In this document: one piece after another, positions 10,458 through 21,166 of the stretch
Layout of the letters: the number at the start of each line of letters is the position of its first letter
Position numbering within the stretch: position 1 is the first letter of the stretch
DNA from: Giesbergeria sp.
GTDB taxonomy: Bacteria > Pseudomonadota > Gammaproteobacteria > Burkholderiales > Burkholderiaceae_C
Direction: 5' to 3'
Length of the DNA: 64,000 nt
Assembly: GCF_028686475.1 (NCBI RefSeq)
Contig: NZ_JAQUCA010000006.1
Coordinates: forward strand, 69,648 to 133,647
Notes under the pieces: generated by a model
What the model saw: the letters and a program-made list of their open reading frames with translations, nothing else
What the model was told of the DNA's origin: nothing
Database searches by the model: none
Position numbers and translations under genes: made by a program

Positions 10458-10889
10458 ATGACACCATCCCCAACCCCAGCAGCCCCCACCCCCCAAGCCA
10501 TCACCGTGCATGAAGCATCGCGCGTCCTAGAAGTTGCGTTTTCAGATGGCGCCGTGTTTCGTATTCCATTCGAGTTGATGCGCGTGGCCTCGCCCTCGGC
10601 CGAAGTGCAAGGCCACGGCCCCGGCCAAGAAACCTTGCAAACCGGCAAACGGGATGTGACGCTGCTGGCCCTAGAGCCGGTGGGCCATTACGCCGTACAA
10701 CCACATTTTTCCGATGGCCACCGCAGTGGCATTTTTACTTGGGCCTATCTGTACCAATTGGGCCGCGACCAAGAACAACTTTGGCAAAATTACTTGCAAC
10801 GCTTGGCCGCCGCCGGATTAGAGCGCGATGCCCCCATGCCCACGCGCAATACCGCTGGCAGTGGCAACAGCGGCTGTGCCAGCCAGTAA
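10458..10889 (+). CDS. DUF971 / gamma-butyrobetaine hydroxylase-like N-terminal domain protein
   Basis: ELMRVASPSAEVQGH, VGHYAV, FSDGH.SGIFTW.YL; usual position upstream of ubiE. Confidence 0.85.
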   Translation: MTPSPTPAAPTPQAITVHEASRVLEVAFSDGAVFRIPFELMRVASPSAEVQGHGPGQETLQTGKRDVTLLALEPVGHYAVQPHFSDGHRSGIFTWAYLYQLGRDQEQLWQNYLQRLAAAGLERDAPMPTRNTAGSGNSGCASQ

Positions 10890-10970
10890 AGTGCGCTTTT
10901 TACCACCACCCCCGCGCGCCATACCCGGAAAGTTTGCAGGGTTGTCGCCACAGCAGATAGCATCAGCACC

Positions 10971-11702
10971 ATGAGTACCACCCATTTTGGCTTTGAATCG
11001 GTTGACGAACGCGAAAAGGCCCAGCGCGTGCGCGGCGTATTCAACTCCGTTGCCCCCAAATACGACCTGATGAACGACCTGATGTCCGCCGGACTGCACC
11101 GCGTTTGGAAGGCTTACACCATCATGGTGGCCAACCTGCGCGAAGGCAGCCAAGTGCTAGACATTGCCGGGGGCACTGGCGATTTGGCACGCGCCTTTGC
11201 CAAAAAAGTAGGCAGCAGTGGCCGCGTGGTACACACCGACATCAACGAAGCCATGCTGCGCGTAGGGCGCGACCGGCTCCTAGACGAAGGCGTGGCCCTG
11301 CCCACCTTGGTTTGTGATGCCGAGCAATTGCCATTTCCGGATAATCATTTCGATGTGGTCAGTGTTGCTTTTGGCCTACGCAACATGACGCACAAAGACG
11401 AGGCACTGGCCGAGATGTGCCGCGTACTCAAACCCAAGGGCAAATTGTTGGTGTTGGAGTTCTCCAAAGTGGCCCAACCCCTGAGCAAAGCCTACGATTG
11501 GTACTCGTTCAACGTACTGCCCAAGTTGGGGCAACTGATTGCAGGTGATGCCGACAGCTACCGCTATTTGGCCGAATCCATCCGTATGCACCCCGGCCAA
11601 CAAGAACTTAAAACCATGATGCACGAAGCTGGTTTTGGCCATGTCGACTACCACAACCTGACTGGTGGCGTGGTAGCGCTGCATGTTGGCATCAAGTGTT
11701 GA
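10971..11702 (+). CDS. ubiE: Ubiquinone/menaquinone C-methyltransferase UbiE
   Basis: [48 protein letters not shown]. Confidence 0.97.
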   Translation: MSTTHFGFESVDEREKAQRVRGVFNSVAPKYDLMNDLMSAGLHRVWKAYTIMVANLREGSQVLDIAGGTGDLARAFAKKVGSSGRVVHTDINEAMLRVGRDRLLDEGVALPTLVCDAEQLPFPDNHFDVVSVAFGLRNMTHKDEALAEMCRVLKPKGKLLVLEFSKVAQPLSKAYDWYSFNVLPKLGQLIAGDADSYRYLAESIRMHPGQQELKTMMHEAGFGHVDYHNLTGGVVALHVGIKC

Positions 11703-11721
11703 ACCCAAGGAGAAAGCACCC

Positions 11722-12711
11722 ATGAAAAAACTCTGGCCCGCCCTGCTGCTGGCAATCGCTGTCATCGTGGCCCACCCCGAGGCTGAAGCCAAACGCTTGG
11801 GCGGTGGCAAATCGGTCGGGCAACAATCCAGCAACGTCACCCAGCGCGAAGCCACACCCGGCGCGCCCACACAAAACTTCAACCAAGCCGCCCCGCGCCC
11901 AGCCAACGCCGCACCTGCAGCCCCGGCTGCGGCCCCCAAGAAGCCTTGGGGCGCTATGCTAGGCGGCTTGGCCGCTGGTTTGGGCTTGGCTTGGCTGGCG
12001 CACTCCTTGGGCTTTGGCGAAGGGTTGGCCCAATTTCTGATGTTTGCTCTGCTGGCCGTCGCCGTGTTGGCCGTGGTCGGGCTGGTGCTGCGTAAACGCC
12101 AAGCAACCAATACAGCCAGTGCTTTGCCGTTTGCCTTTCAGGGCGCAGGGGCTGGCGCACCCGGCAATGCGCCGGTGTTGCGCGACTACAACCCGGATAA
12201 AGTGGGCAACGATGCCTCGGCGCGCCCGTGGGAGCGCAACAGCATGTCATTCGAAAACAGCCGCCCTGCCTCTGGTGGCTCCATGATTGGCTCGGCACTG
12301 TCGGGTTCACAAAACTGGGGCATTCCAGAAGGTTTTGACACGGCCGGTTTCGTCGAAGCAGCCAAACGCAACTTCATCACCCTGCAAGCGGCTTGGGATC
12401 GCTCCGACGTGACCACCCTGCGCTCCATGATGACCGATAGCATGTTGGCCGAAATCCGCAGCCAACTGGCCGAACGCGAAACCCACCGGGGCGAGCAGCA
12501 ACCCAACCAAACTGATGTGGTGATGTTAGAAGCCCAATTGCTGGGCATTGAAGACTTGGGCGATGCCTACATGGCCAGCGTCGAGTTCTCCGGCCTGATT
12601 CGTGAAGAAGCCTCAGCTGGGCCTAATCCATTCCGCGAAGTATGGAACATGACTAAGCCCAAAACCGGCAGCAGCGGCTGGTTGGTGGCTGGTGTGCAAG
12701 CCTTGCAATAA
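11722..12711 (+). CDS. Tim44-like domain protein
   Basis: Signal peptide, AKRLGGGKSVG, WGAMLGGLAAGLG, F..LQAAWD and FREVW motifs; lies within the ubi operon. Confidence 0.85.
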   Translation: MKKLWPALLLAIAVIVAHPEAEAKRLGGGKSVGQQSSNVTQREATPGAPTQNFNQAAPRPANAAPAAPAAAPKKPWGAMLGGLAAGLGLAWLAHSLGFGEGLAQFLMFALLAVAVLAVVGLVLRKRQATNTASALPFAFQGAGAGAPGNAPVLRDYNPDKVGNDASARPWERNSMSFENSRPASGGSMIGSALSGSQNWGIPEGFDTAGFVEAAKRNFITLQAAWDRSDVTTLRSMMTDSMLAEIRSQLAERETHRGEQQPNQTDVVMLEAQLLGIEDLGDAYMASVEFSGLIREEASAGPNPFREVWNMTKPKTGSSGWLVAGVQALQ

Positions 12712-12757
12712 CAACACCAGCGCAACGCTGGGTGCGCTTCAGGAATAATCGGGGACT

Positions 12758-13363
12758 ATGGCAACACCACAGTCCCCTTTTTCTATTCTTGGCAGCGTTT
12801 TCGAGCGCCTTGCCCCCGGGCTTGTCCCGCCCCCTTGGCTGGTACACGAGGTGCAGCACCGCGCCGTGCTGCTGCTCAACCATGTGCTACAGCAAGAACC
12901 TGCGGCGATGGAGCGCCTAGAGCGCCAGTCTGGGCGCATCGTGCAGGTGCAATGGCGACACTTTTTTGTCACATTGCAAGTCACACCCGCAGGTTTGTTC
13001 GATACCGCTGATGACGACATCACCCCTGATTTGCGCCTAGAGGTCATGCAAGACTCGCCCTTGGGTTTGGCCCAATTGGCACTGCGTGGCGAGCGCCCCG
13101 CAGTGCGGATTGATGGCGATGTGCAGTTTGCCGGAGACATCCAATGGCTGTCCGACAACCTGCGCTGGGACATCGAAGAAGACTTAGCCCGCCTGCTGGG
13201 CGATGTGCCTGCCCGTACCCTGTGCGACGGTGCGCGTGGCTTAGCGCAAGCCTTGCGCCAATTTGTCGGCAACCGCATGGCAGCGGCACAGGGCATGGAC
13301 AGCGCCGCAGCACACAGCCCCGGTGCAGCACCCACTTGGTCGGACGACCGCACCATCCCATGA
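12758..13363 (+). CDS. ubiJ: Ubiquinone biosynthesis accessory factor UbiJ (SCP2 domain)
   Basis: [34 protein letters not shown]; between ubiE and ubiB. Confidence 0.8.
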   Translation: MATPQSPFSILGSVFERLAPGLVPPPWLVHEVQHRAVLLLNHVLQQEPAAMERLERQSGRIVQVQWRHFFVTLQVTPAGLFDTADDDITPDLRLEVMQDSPLGLAQLALRGERPAVRIDGDVQFAGDIQWLSDNLRWDIEEDLARLLGDVPARTLCDGARGLAQALRQFVGNRMAAAQGMDSAAAHSPGAAPTWSDDRTIP

Positions 13364-14931
13364 ACCGCTGGTTTCGGGGTGCTACCATCGTTTGGGTAGC
13401 GCTGCGTTATGGTTTAGATGAACTGGTGCTGAATAGCTTTCAGCACCGCTGGCTGCATTTGCTGGCGCGTGTGGTCTCGGTCGGGCGCAACCTGCGCGCA
13501 CCGCGCGGCCAGCGCCTGCGCGAAGCCTTGGAGCGCCTAGGGCCGATTTTTGTCAAATTTGGCCAAGTGCTTTCTACCCGGCGCGATTTGCTACCACCCG
13601 ACATTGCCGATGAATTGGCCTTACTGCAAGACCGCGTACCGCCGTTTGACTCCAACGTGGCCGTGGCCACGATTGAACGCGCCTTTGGCAAACCCTTGGC
13701 CGAAGTGTTTGTCTCGTTTGAGCGAGTGCCGGTAGCCAGTGCCTCGATTGCCCAAGTCCACTTTGCCTCCCTGCGCGATCGGCACGGCCAATTGCACGAG
13801 GTAGCAGTCAAGGTGTTGCGCCCCGGTATGTTGCCCGTCATTGACAAAGACTTGGCGCTAATGAAAATGATGGCCGGTTGGTTAGAAAGCCTATCCAGCG
13901 ATGGCAAACGCCTCAAACCGCGCGAAGTCGTGGCCGAGTTTGACAATTATTTACACGACGAGCTGGATTTGGTGCGCGAAGCCGCCAACGCGGCCCAACT
14001 GCGGCGCAACATGGACGGCTTGGACTTGGTGTTGATTCCAGAGATTTACTGGGACTTTTGCCACCCCGAAGTCATGGTGATGCAGCGCATGTACGGTGTG
14101 CCCATCAGCCAAGTGGACAAACTGCGCGAGGCCGGGGTGGATATTCCCAAACTGGCACGCGACGGCGTGACTATTTTCTTTACCCAGGTGTTCCGTGATG
14201 GCTTTTTCCATGCCGATATGCACCCCGGCAATATCCAAGTCAGCTTGGCCCCAGAAACCCTAGGGCGCTACATCTCTTTAGACTTTGGCATTGTCGGTTC
14301 CCTGACCGAGATTGACAAAGAATATCTGGCGCAAAACTTTACTGCGTTCTTCCGGCGCGACTACAAGCGCGTGGCCGAATTGCACATTGAAAGCGGCTGG
14401 GTACCGCCAGAGACGCGCGTCAATGACCTAGAAGCCGCCATCCGCACCGTCTGCGAGCCTTATTTCGATCGCCCACTGAAAGAGATCTCCTTGGGCATGG
14501 TATTGATGCGGCTGTTCCAAACCTCACGGCGCTTCAATGTCGAAATCCAACCGCAACTGGTGCTGCTGCAAAAAACACTGCTCAACATTGAGGGCTTGGG
14601 CCGCCAGCTCGACCCCGAGCTAGACTTGTGGAGCACCGCCAAACCCTTCTTAGAGAAGTGGATGCTCGACCAAATGGGGCCACAGCGTCTGTGGCAAGAG
14701 TTGCGCGCCCAAGCACCGCATTACGCCAAACTATTGCCTGCGCTCCCACGCCTGCTGTACGAGCAAATGCAGCAACGCAGCGCCAAAACCACAGCCCCGA
14801 GTGAGCTACAACAACTGCTGCAAGAACAACGCCGCACCAATCGCTTATTGCAAGCCTTGCTGTATAGCGGCGGCGGTTTTGTGCTCGGCCTATTGGTGAT
14901 GCAATTCATTATTCGGGTGCGGGTGTTTTAG
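13360..14931 (+). CDS. ubiB: Ubiquinone biosynthesis kinase-like protein UbiB
   Basis: [51 protein letters not shown]; ATG 13360 overlaps the ubiJ stop. Confidence 0.96.
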   Translation: MNRWFRGATIVWVALRYGLDELVLNSFQHRWLHLLARVVSVGRNLRAPRGQRLREALERLGPIFVKFGQVLSTRRDLLPPDIADELALLQDRVPPFDSNVAVATIERAFGKPLAEVFVSFERVPVASASIAQVHFASLRDRHGQLHEVAVKVLRPGMLPVIDKDLALMKMMAGWLESLSSDGKRLKPREVVAEFDNYLHDELDLVREAANAAQLRRNMDGLDLVLIPEIYWDFCHPEVMVMQRMYGVPISQVDKLREAGVDIPKLARDGVTIFFTQVFRDGFFHADMHPGNIQVSLAPETLGRYISLDFGIVGSLTEIDKEYLAQNFTAFFRRDYKRVAELHIESGWVPPETRVNDLEAAIRTVCEPYFDRPLKEISLGMVLMRLFQTSRRFNVEIQPQLVLLQKTLLNIEGLGRQLDPELDLWSTAKPFLEKWMLDQMGPQRLWQELRAQAPHYAKLLPALPRLLYEQMQQRSAKTTAPSELQQLLQEQRRTNRLLQALLYSGGGFVLGLLVMQFIIRVRVF

Positions 14932-14991
14932 TTTGGGCGCTTGCCCGCATAATGCGCGGCATTTTTCACTTCCGGCTTGGCGGAGTTGCCC

Positions 14992-16449
14992 ATGCTGATT
15001 ACCTTCATCGCTCTGTATTTGCTGGCCTCCATTGCTGTGGGCCTGTTTGCTGCCACCAAGGTACATAACACCGCCGACTACGCCGTGGCAGGGCGCAGCC
15101 TGCCGCTGGCGGTGGTGATTGCCACCACCTTTGCCACCTGGTTTGGCTCGGAAACGGTGCTGGGCGTGTCCGCCCGGTTTGTTGATAAGGGTTTGGGGGC
15201 GGTGGTGGAAGACCCGTTTGGTGCTTCGATGTGTTTGGTACTGGTGGGGCTGTTTTTTGCCTACAAGCTGTACCAGAAAAACCTGATTACGCTGGGCGAT
15301 TACTACCGCCAGCGTTATGGCCGTGCGGTAGAAGTACTGTGTTCCATCATCATTATTTTTAGTTACTTGGGCTGGGTGGCGGCGCAAATTACCGCCTTGG
15401 GTTTGGTGTTTAACCTGCTCACGCAGGGGGCCATGTCTATTACTGTGGGCATGGTGGTTGGCACGCTGGTGGTGCTGGTCTATACCCTGTACGGTGGCAT
15501 GTGGTCGGTCGCCCTGACCGATTTTGTGCAAATGATTGTGATTGGCTTGGGCCTGATTGCCATTGCTTGGTTTGCTGCTGATTTGGCCGGTGGGGCCGAC
15601 AAGGTGGTGGATTTCGCCGCGCGCGAGGGCAAGTTCCAATTCTTTCCGCAAGACGGCGGTTTTAAAGAGTGGAGCTTCTTCATCGCTTCGGCCATCACTA
15701 TGATGTTGGGTTCAATTCCACAGCAAGACGTGTTTCAGCGCGTGATGTCATCCGACAGCGCGCGCACCGCCCGCATTGGCCCGGTGATTGGTGGCTTGCT
15801 TTATCTGCTGTTTGCCTTTATCCCCATGTTTGTCGTGGCCTCGGCGGTGCTCATCATGCCCGACACCGCCCGTGCCTTGTTGCAAGACGACCCACAAAAG
15901 ATTTTGCCCACGCTGGTGATGGAACGCATGCCCTTGGTGCTGCAAATTGCCTTTTTTGGTGCTTTGCTGTCGGCCATCATGTCCACGGCCTCGGCCACCT
16001 TGTTGGCCCCTTCCACCGCTTTTGTCGAAAACATCTTGCGCAATCTGCGCCCCGGCATGAGCGATGCCCTGACGCTCAAGGCCATGCGGATGTCAGTATT
16101 GGTATTTACCGCTTGTGTGCTTACCTATGCTATCACCATGCAAGGCACCTCCATTTACGAGATGGTGTCGGGCGCTTACCAAGTGCCACTGGTAGGGGCT
16201 TTTATCCCCTTGGTGTTTGGCCTGTACTGGCAGCGCGCCACCACCCAAGGGGCTTTGCTGGCGGTGGTATTGGGCTTGGGCGTTTGGTTGCTGTTCATTG
16301 CCAGCCCGATGCTGTCTGAGGCTTTTCCACAGCAGTTAGCGGGCTTGTTGGCCGCCTTGGTGGGGATGTTGGCTGGCTCTTTGCTGCCGCAGTTCATCCC
16401 CGACCACAAGGGCCATGTGCCACACTACCAAGGCAGCCCAGCCCACTAA
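14992..16449 (+). CDS. Sodium:solute symporter family transporter
   Basis: DYAVAGRSL, ATWFGSETVLG, YTLYGGMWSVALTD, SAIMST; about 13 hydrophobic segments. Confidence 0.9.
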   Translation: MLITFIALYLLASIAVGLFAATKVHNTADYAVAGRSLPLAVVIATTFATWFGSETVLGVSARFVDKGLGAVVEDPFGASMCLVLVGLFFAYKLYQKNLITLGDYYRQRYGRAVEVLCSIIIIFSYLGWVAAQITALGLVFNLLTQGAMSITVGMVVGTLVVLVYTLYGGMWSVALTDFVQMIVIGLGLIAIAWFAADLAGGADKVVDFAAREGKFQFFPQDGGFKEWSFFIASAITMMLGSIPQQDVFQRVMSSDSARTARIGPVIGGLLYLLFAFIPMFVVASAVLIMPDTARALLQDDPQKILPTLVMERMPLVLQIAFFGALLSAIMSTASATLLAPSTAFVENILRNLRPGMSDALTLKAMRMSVLVFTACVLTYAITMQGTSIYEMVSGAYQVPLVGAFIPLVFGLYWQRATTQGALLAVVLGLGVWLLFIASPMLSEAFPQQLAGLLAALVGMLAGSLLPQFIPDHKGHVPHYQGSPAH

Positions 16450-16538
16450 GCTTTGGGGGTTAGCGCAGTGACACCGCAGCGTCAAGAGGGCAGCCTATAA
16501 TTGAAGGCTTTGCACTTTCAGTCCAGGCCCAAAGTAAT

Positions 16539-16862
16539 ATGCCTATTTATGCCTACAAATGCGGCTCCTGTGGCCATGCCAAGGATGTGCTGCAAAAAAT
16601 GTCCGATGCGCCCCTCACGCAGTGCCCGGCTTGTGGCGCCGACAGCTTCAGCAAACAAGTGACGGCGGCCGGTTTCCAGCTCAAAGGTTCGGGTTGGTAC
16701 GTGACCGACTTCCGTGGCGGCAGCGGCGGCACTGCCGCACCCGCCACCAGCGATAAAACCGGCGCTACTACCGATACGGCAACCCCCAGCAGCACCGAGG
16801 CGGCCAAGCCGACCCCCACCACCGACAGCGCCAGCAGCGCCGCCCCCCCTACCAAAGCCTAA
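16539..16862 (+). CDS. FmdB family zinc-ribbon protein
   Basis: MPIYAYKCGSCGH...CPACG and FQLKGSGWYVTDF. Confidence 0.9.
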   Translation: MPIYAYKCGSCGHAKDVLQKMSDAPLTQCPACGADSFSKQVTAAGFQLKGSGWYVTDFRGGSGGTAAPATSDKTGATTDTATPSSTEAAKPTPTTDSASSAAPPTKA

Positions 16863-16872
16863 AGTGTTGCCC

Positions 16873-17511
16873 ATGTCTGCCCTACGCAAATGGCTGTTCA
16901 CCGGCCTGCTGGTGATTGTTCCTGGAGCGATCACGCTATCGGTGCTCAACTGGATTGTGGGGCTGCTCGACCAAACGCTGCTTATCCTGCCGCAAGACTG
17001 GCACCCCGACAAAGTATTGGGCTTTCATATGCCCGGCTTTGGGGTGCTGCTCACACTGCTGATTTTGCTTACCGTGGGCGCTTTTGCCAGCAATTTTGCT
17101 GGCCGTAAATTGGTGCAGTGGGGCGATGCGGTCGTGCATCGCATTCCGGTGGTGCGCTCGATTTACTCCAGCGTCAAGCAGGTATCGGATACGCTGTTTT
17201 CTGAAAGCGGCAATGCCTTTCGCACGGCAGTGCTGGTGCAGTGGCCACGCGAAGGCGTTTGGACGCTGGGCTTCATCACTGGCGCACCGGCAGGAGAAGT
17301 AGCCAGCTACCTGCGCGACGAGTTTGTCAGTGTCTATGTGCCCACCACGCCCAACCCCACGGGCGGTTATTTTGTCATGGTGCGTAAAAGCGAATGCGTC
17401 GAGCTGGAAATGAGCGTCGATGCGGCGCTGCGCTACATTGTCTCTATGGGGGTGGTAGCCCCTGTTGATCCCTTGGCGGTGGCTGCGGCCCAGCTACCCC
17501 CCAACCCCTAA
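16873..17511 (+). CDS. DUF502 membrane protein
   Basis: RIPVVRSIYSSVKQ and VYVPTTPNPTGG; usual position upstream of aspS. Confidence 0.9.
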   Translation: MSALRKWLFTGLLVIVPGAITLSVLNWIVGLLDQTLLILPQDWHPDKVLGFHMPGFGVLLTLLILLTVGAFASNFAGRKLVQWGDAVVHRIPVVRSIYSSVKQVSDTLFSESGNAFRTAVLVQWPREGVWTLGFITGAPAGEVASYLRDEFVSVYVPTTPNPTGGYFVMVRKSECVELEMSVDAALRYIVSMGVVAPVDPLAVAAAQLPPNP

Positions 17512-17541
17512 CGCGCCTGCAACGGCGCTGGAAGTTTTGTC

Positions 17542-19344
17542 ATGGCTATGCGCTCCCACTATTGCGGTCTTGTGACCGATGCCCTGTTGGGCCAAACCGT
17601 TACCCTGTGCGGCTGGGTGAACCGTCGCCGCGACCACGGTGGTGTGATTTTTATTGACCTGCGTGACCGCGAAGGCTATGTGCAGGTGGTGTGCGACCCT
17701 GACCGCCCCGAGATGTTCCAAACCGCCGAGAGCATCCGCAACGAGTTTTGCGTGCAAATCAAAGGTTTGGTGCGCGCCCGCCCCGAAGGCACGACCAACG
17801 AGAACCTCAAAAGCGGCAAAATCGAGGTGCTGTGCCACGAGTTGAACGTGCTGAACCCGTCGGTGACACCTCCGTTCCAAATTGACGAAGACAACCTGTC
17901 CGAAACTACCCGCCTGACGCACCGCGTGCTGGACTTGCGCCGCCCCTACATGCAGCGCAACATGATGCTGCGCTACAAAACCGCCATCCAAGTACGCAAC
18001 TTCTTAGACCAAGAAGGCTTTATCGACATCGAAACCCCGATGTTGGGCAAGAGCACTCCTGAAGGCGCACGCGACTATCTGGTGCCCAGCCGCGTCCACG
18101 ACGGCCAATTCTTTGCTCTGCCCCAGTCGCCCCAGCTCTACAAACAGATGCTGATGGTATCGGGCTACGACCGCTACTACCAAATTACCAAGTGCTTCCG
18201 CGACGAAGACCTGCGCGCTGACCGCCAGCCCGAGTTCACGCAGATTGACTGCGAAACCTCGTTCTTGAACGAAGAAGAAATCCGCGCCATTTTCCAGCGC
18301 ATGATTACCGAAGTGTTCAAGCAACAATTGAACGTCGATTTGGGCGAGTTCCCCATCATGAGCTACCAAGAGGCTGCACGCCGCTTTGGCTCGGACAAGC
18401 CCGACCTGCGCGTCAAGCTCGAATTTACCGAGCTGACCGAAGTCATGAAGGACGTGGATTTCAAGGTGTTCTCTACCCCCGCTACCACCAAGGGTGGCCG
18501 CGTGGTAGCGCTGCGCGTGCCCGGTGGCGCACAAATTTCGCGTGGCGAAATTGACCAATACACCGAGTTCGTCAAAATCTACGGTGCCAAGGGCTTGGCC
18601 TGGATTAAGGTGAACGAAGTCGCCAAGGGCCGCGAGGGTCTGCAATCGCCCATCGTGAAAAACCTGCACGATGCCGCCATTGCCGAGATTCTCAAGCGTA
18701 CCGATGCCCAAGATGGCGATTTGCTGTTCTTTGGTGCTGACAAAGAAAAGGTGGTCAATGACAGCATCGGCGCACTGCGCCTGAAAGTGGGCCACAGCGA
18801 ATTTGGCAAGAAAAACGGCCTGTTTGAAGACCGCTGGGCTCCGCTGTGGGTGGTGGATTTCCCGATGTTTGAGCACGACGAAGAAGAAAACCGCTGGACG
18901 GCTGTTCACCACCCCTTCACCAGCCCGAAAGACGGCCACGAAAACCTGATGGACACCGACCCCGGTGCTTGCATCGCCAAAGCCTACGACATGGTACTCA
19001 ATGGCTGGGAGCTGGGCGGTGGCTCGGTGCGTATCCACCGCGCTGATGTGCAAAGCAAGGTGTTTGCGGCGCTCAATATCAGCCCCGAAGATGCGCGCGC
19101 CAAGTTTGGCTACCTGCTCGATGCGTTGCAATACGGTGCGCCCCCGCATGGTGGCTTGGCCTTTGGTTTAGACCGCCTGATTACGCTGATGACGGGTGCT
19201 GAATCCATCCGCGACGTGATTGCCTTCCCGAAAACCCAACGCGCCCAAGACTTGCTGACCCAAGCCCCCAGCCCGGTGGACGAGAAGCAACTGCGCGAGC
19301 TGCATATCCGCTTGCGTAACCCCGATGCTGTGAAGGCGGGCTAA
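17542..19344 (+). CDS. aspS: Aspartate-tRNA ligase, probably non-discriminating Asp/Asn
   Basis: [44 protein letters not shown] (His) and RPEG (Gly) match the residues associated with non-discriminating enzymes. Confidence 0.97.
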   Translation: MAMRSHYCGLVTDALLGQTVTLCGWVNRRRDHGGVIFIDLRDREGYVQVVCDPDRPEMFQTAESIRNEFCVQIKGLVRARPEGTTNENLKSGKIEVLCHELNVLNPSVTPPFQIDEDNLSETTRLTHRVLDLRRPYMQRNMMLRYKTAIQVRNFLDQEGFIDIETPMLGKSTPEGARDYLVPSRVHDGQFFALPQSPQLYKQMLMVSGYDRYYQITKCFRDEDLRADRQPEFTQIDCETSFLNEEEIRAIFQRMITEVFKQQLNVDLGEFPIMSYQEAARRFGSDKPDLRVKLEFTELTEVMKDVDFKVFSTPATTKGGRVVALRVPGGAQISRGEIDQYTEFVKIYGAKGLAWIKVNEVAKGREGLQSPIVKNLHDAAIAEILKRTDAQDGDLLFFGADKEKVVNDSIGALRLKVGHSEFGKKNGLFEDRWAPLWVVDFPMFEHDEEENRWTAVHHPFTSPKDGHENLMDTDPGACIAKAYDMVLNGWELGGGSVRIHRADVQSKVFAALNISPEDARAKFGYLLDALQYGAPPHGGLAFGLDRLITLMTGAESIRDVIAFPKTQRAQDLLTQAPSPVDEKQLRELHIRLRNPDAVKAG

Positions 19345-19377
19345 TCCCCCCACTGCACCGGTTTGCAGGCAGAATGC

Positions 19378-19403
19378 AAGGGCACCTCAGGTGCCCTTTT
19401 TTT
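19378..19403 (+). terminator. Intrinsic terminator after aspS
   Basis: AAGGGCACC-TCA-GGTGCCCTT followed by a T-run. Confidence 0.8.
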
Positions 19404-19413
19404 CTGGCTTCGC

Positions 19414-20343
19414 ATGTCCATTCCTGATTTTCAAACCCTGATGCTGCCCCTGTTGCAATCGCTGGCCGATGGCAAGGTGCATGAGTTCCGGCAGGCGGTG
19501 GAGTTGTTATCGCAGCAATACGAACTGACCGAGCTAGAGCGAGCCGAGTTGTTGCCCAGTGGCCGGGCTCCACTGTTTTACAACCGCCTGTCGTGGGCCA
19601 AGACCCATCTGAAAAAGGCGGGTTTGCTAGAGTTTCCCCGGCGCGGTGCATTCCAAATCACCGATAGGGGTTTGCAGGTATTGGCCCAGCCACCCGCGCG
19701 CATTCACATGGCTTGGTTGCAGCAGTTTCCAGAATACGCCCAAGCACTGGCCTTGCCGCCTGCAAACCATCCAGCACCCAGCGCCGATGCAATGCCCACC
19801 GCCATCGACATTCCAGAGGCATCTGTGACCCCCCAAGAAGCGATTGAACAAGCCCACCAAGCCCTGCGCCGCGCCTTAGCCGATGAGGTGTTGGCCTCGG
19901 TCAAGTCTTGCAGCCCGGTGTTTTTTGAACAGTTGGTGGTGCAGTTGATGATCAAAATGGGCTATGGCGGCAGCCGCCAAGAAGCTGGGCAGGCCGTGGG
20001 TAAATCGGGTGATGGCGGTATCGATGGCATCATCAACGAAGACCGCTTGGGCTTAGATTCCATCTACCTGCAAGCCAAGCGTTGGGAAGGGGTGGTAGGC
20101 CGACCAGAAATCATGAAATTCGTCGGTGCATTGGCCGGACAACGGGCGACTAAAGGCGTATTCATCACTACGTCCAGTTTTACCCAAGAGGCCAAAGCTT
20201 ATGCGGCATCCAGCCAATACCGGCTGGTGTTGATTGATGGTGCCAGATTGGCCGACTTGATGGTAGAGCATGATTTAGGAGTTTCGGTGGCGGCTATTTA
20301 CCATCTGAAGCGTTTGGACTCCGATTTTTTCAGTGAGGAATAA
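19414..20343 (+). CDS. mrr: Mrr type IV (modification-dependent) restriction endonuclease
   Basis: MSIPDFQTLMLPLL, NRLSWAKTHLKKAGLL winged helix, GDGGIDG...IYLQAKRW nuclease motif, LIDGARLA. Confidence 0.92.
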   Translation: MSIPDFQTLMLPLLQSLADGKVHEFRQAVELLSQQYELTELERAELLPSGRAPLFYNRLSWAKTHLKKAGLLEFPRRGAFQITDRGLQVLAQPPARIHMAWLQQFPEYAQALALPPANHPAPSADAMPTAIDIPEASVTPQEAIEQAHQALRRALADEVLASVKSCSPVFFEQLVVQLMIKMGYGGSRQEAGQAVGKSGDGGIDGIINEDRLGLDSIYLQAKRWEGVVGRPEIMKFVGALAGQRATKGVFITTSSFTQEAKAYAASSQYRLVLIDGARLADLMVEHDLGVSVAAIYHLKRLDSDFFSEE

Positions 20344-20347
20344 AACC

Positions 20348-21166
20348 ATGCCAAGAATCAAACCGCTTGTCGTGGTGCTGACATGCTTGGCCTTAGGGCT
20401 GGCAGGCTGTGGGGAGAAGAAAATCGAACTCGGCCAAGGCGGCTCCGTGGTCACTGGGTCGGCAGGCCCTCAAGGCGCTCAAGGGGCAACAGCCGAATTG
20501 GTGCGCTGCGATGCGCCCGTGGCGACAGTGGCGCTGGCAGAGAACCCACATGGCTACGTCATGGGTGCTGGTGGGCACTTGCCCGCCTCCCCGGTGCCGC
20601 TGGTCAAACTGCTGGCGCAACAAAGCGGTTGCCTGCGCGTGGTTGATCGGGCCGCCGGATTGCGTGGCACAGTGCAAGAACAAGAGTTGAAAGAAGCTGG
20701 CGTACTGCGCCAAGAGGGTTCCACCATCGCCAAAGGGCGTGGCTACGAGGCCCAATACACCCTGACTCCCAGCCTAACCTTCAGCGAACAAAATGCGGGC
20801 CAAGGGCTGGCGGGCATTTTGGCCCTGATTCCAGTGCTGCGTGACATGGCCGGGCTGATCGGGCTGGCCGAACAGGTCAAGTTCAAAGAAGCACAAACCG
20901 CGCTGCTGTTATCTGACAACGAAACCACCGAACAGGTGGCAGCAGCCACTGGTGCCGCCCGCGCGACCGATTTGGGGGTGGGCGGACTGGTGCTAGGCCA
21001 GTTGGGCGGGGCGGCTGGGGCCGGTTGGAGCAACACCAACGAAGGCAAAGTGATTGCTGCTGCCTTTTTGGATGCCCATAACCATTTGGTGCAACAACTG
21101 CGCACCCTGCAGGCCAAACCGCTGCCACCGGCCATCCCAACACGCACCGATGCACCTAAACCCTGA
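20348..21166 (+). CDS. CsgG/HfaB-like lipoprotein
   Basis: Lipobox LAG-C; QQSGCLRVVDR and GKVIAAAFLDAHN resemble CsgG-fold proteins. Confidence 0.6.
   Translation: MPRIKPLVVVLTCLALGLAGCGEKKIELGQGGSVVTGSAGPQGAQGATAELVRCDAPVATVALAENPHGYVMGAGGHLPASPVPLVKLLAQQSGCLRVVDRAAGLRGTVQEQELKEAGVLRQEGSTIAKGRGYEAQYTLTPSLTFSEQNAGQGLAGILALIPVLRDMAGLIGLAEQVKFKEAQTALLLSDNETTEQVAAATGAARATDLGVGGLVLGQLGGAAGAGWSNTNEGKVIAAAFLDAHNHLVQQLRTLQAKPLPPAIPTRTDAPKP

Noticed and set aside
18004-19149. 381-aa minus-strand ORF
   Set aside because: Antisense shadow of aspS.
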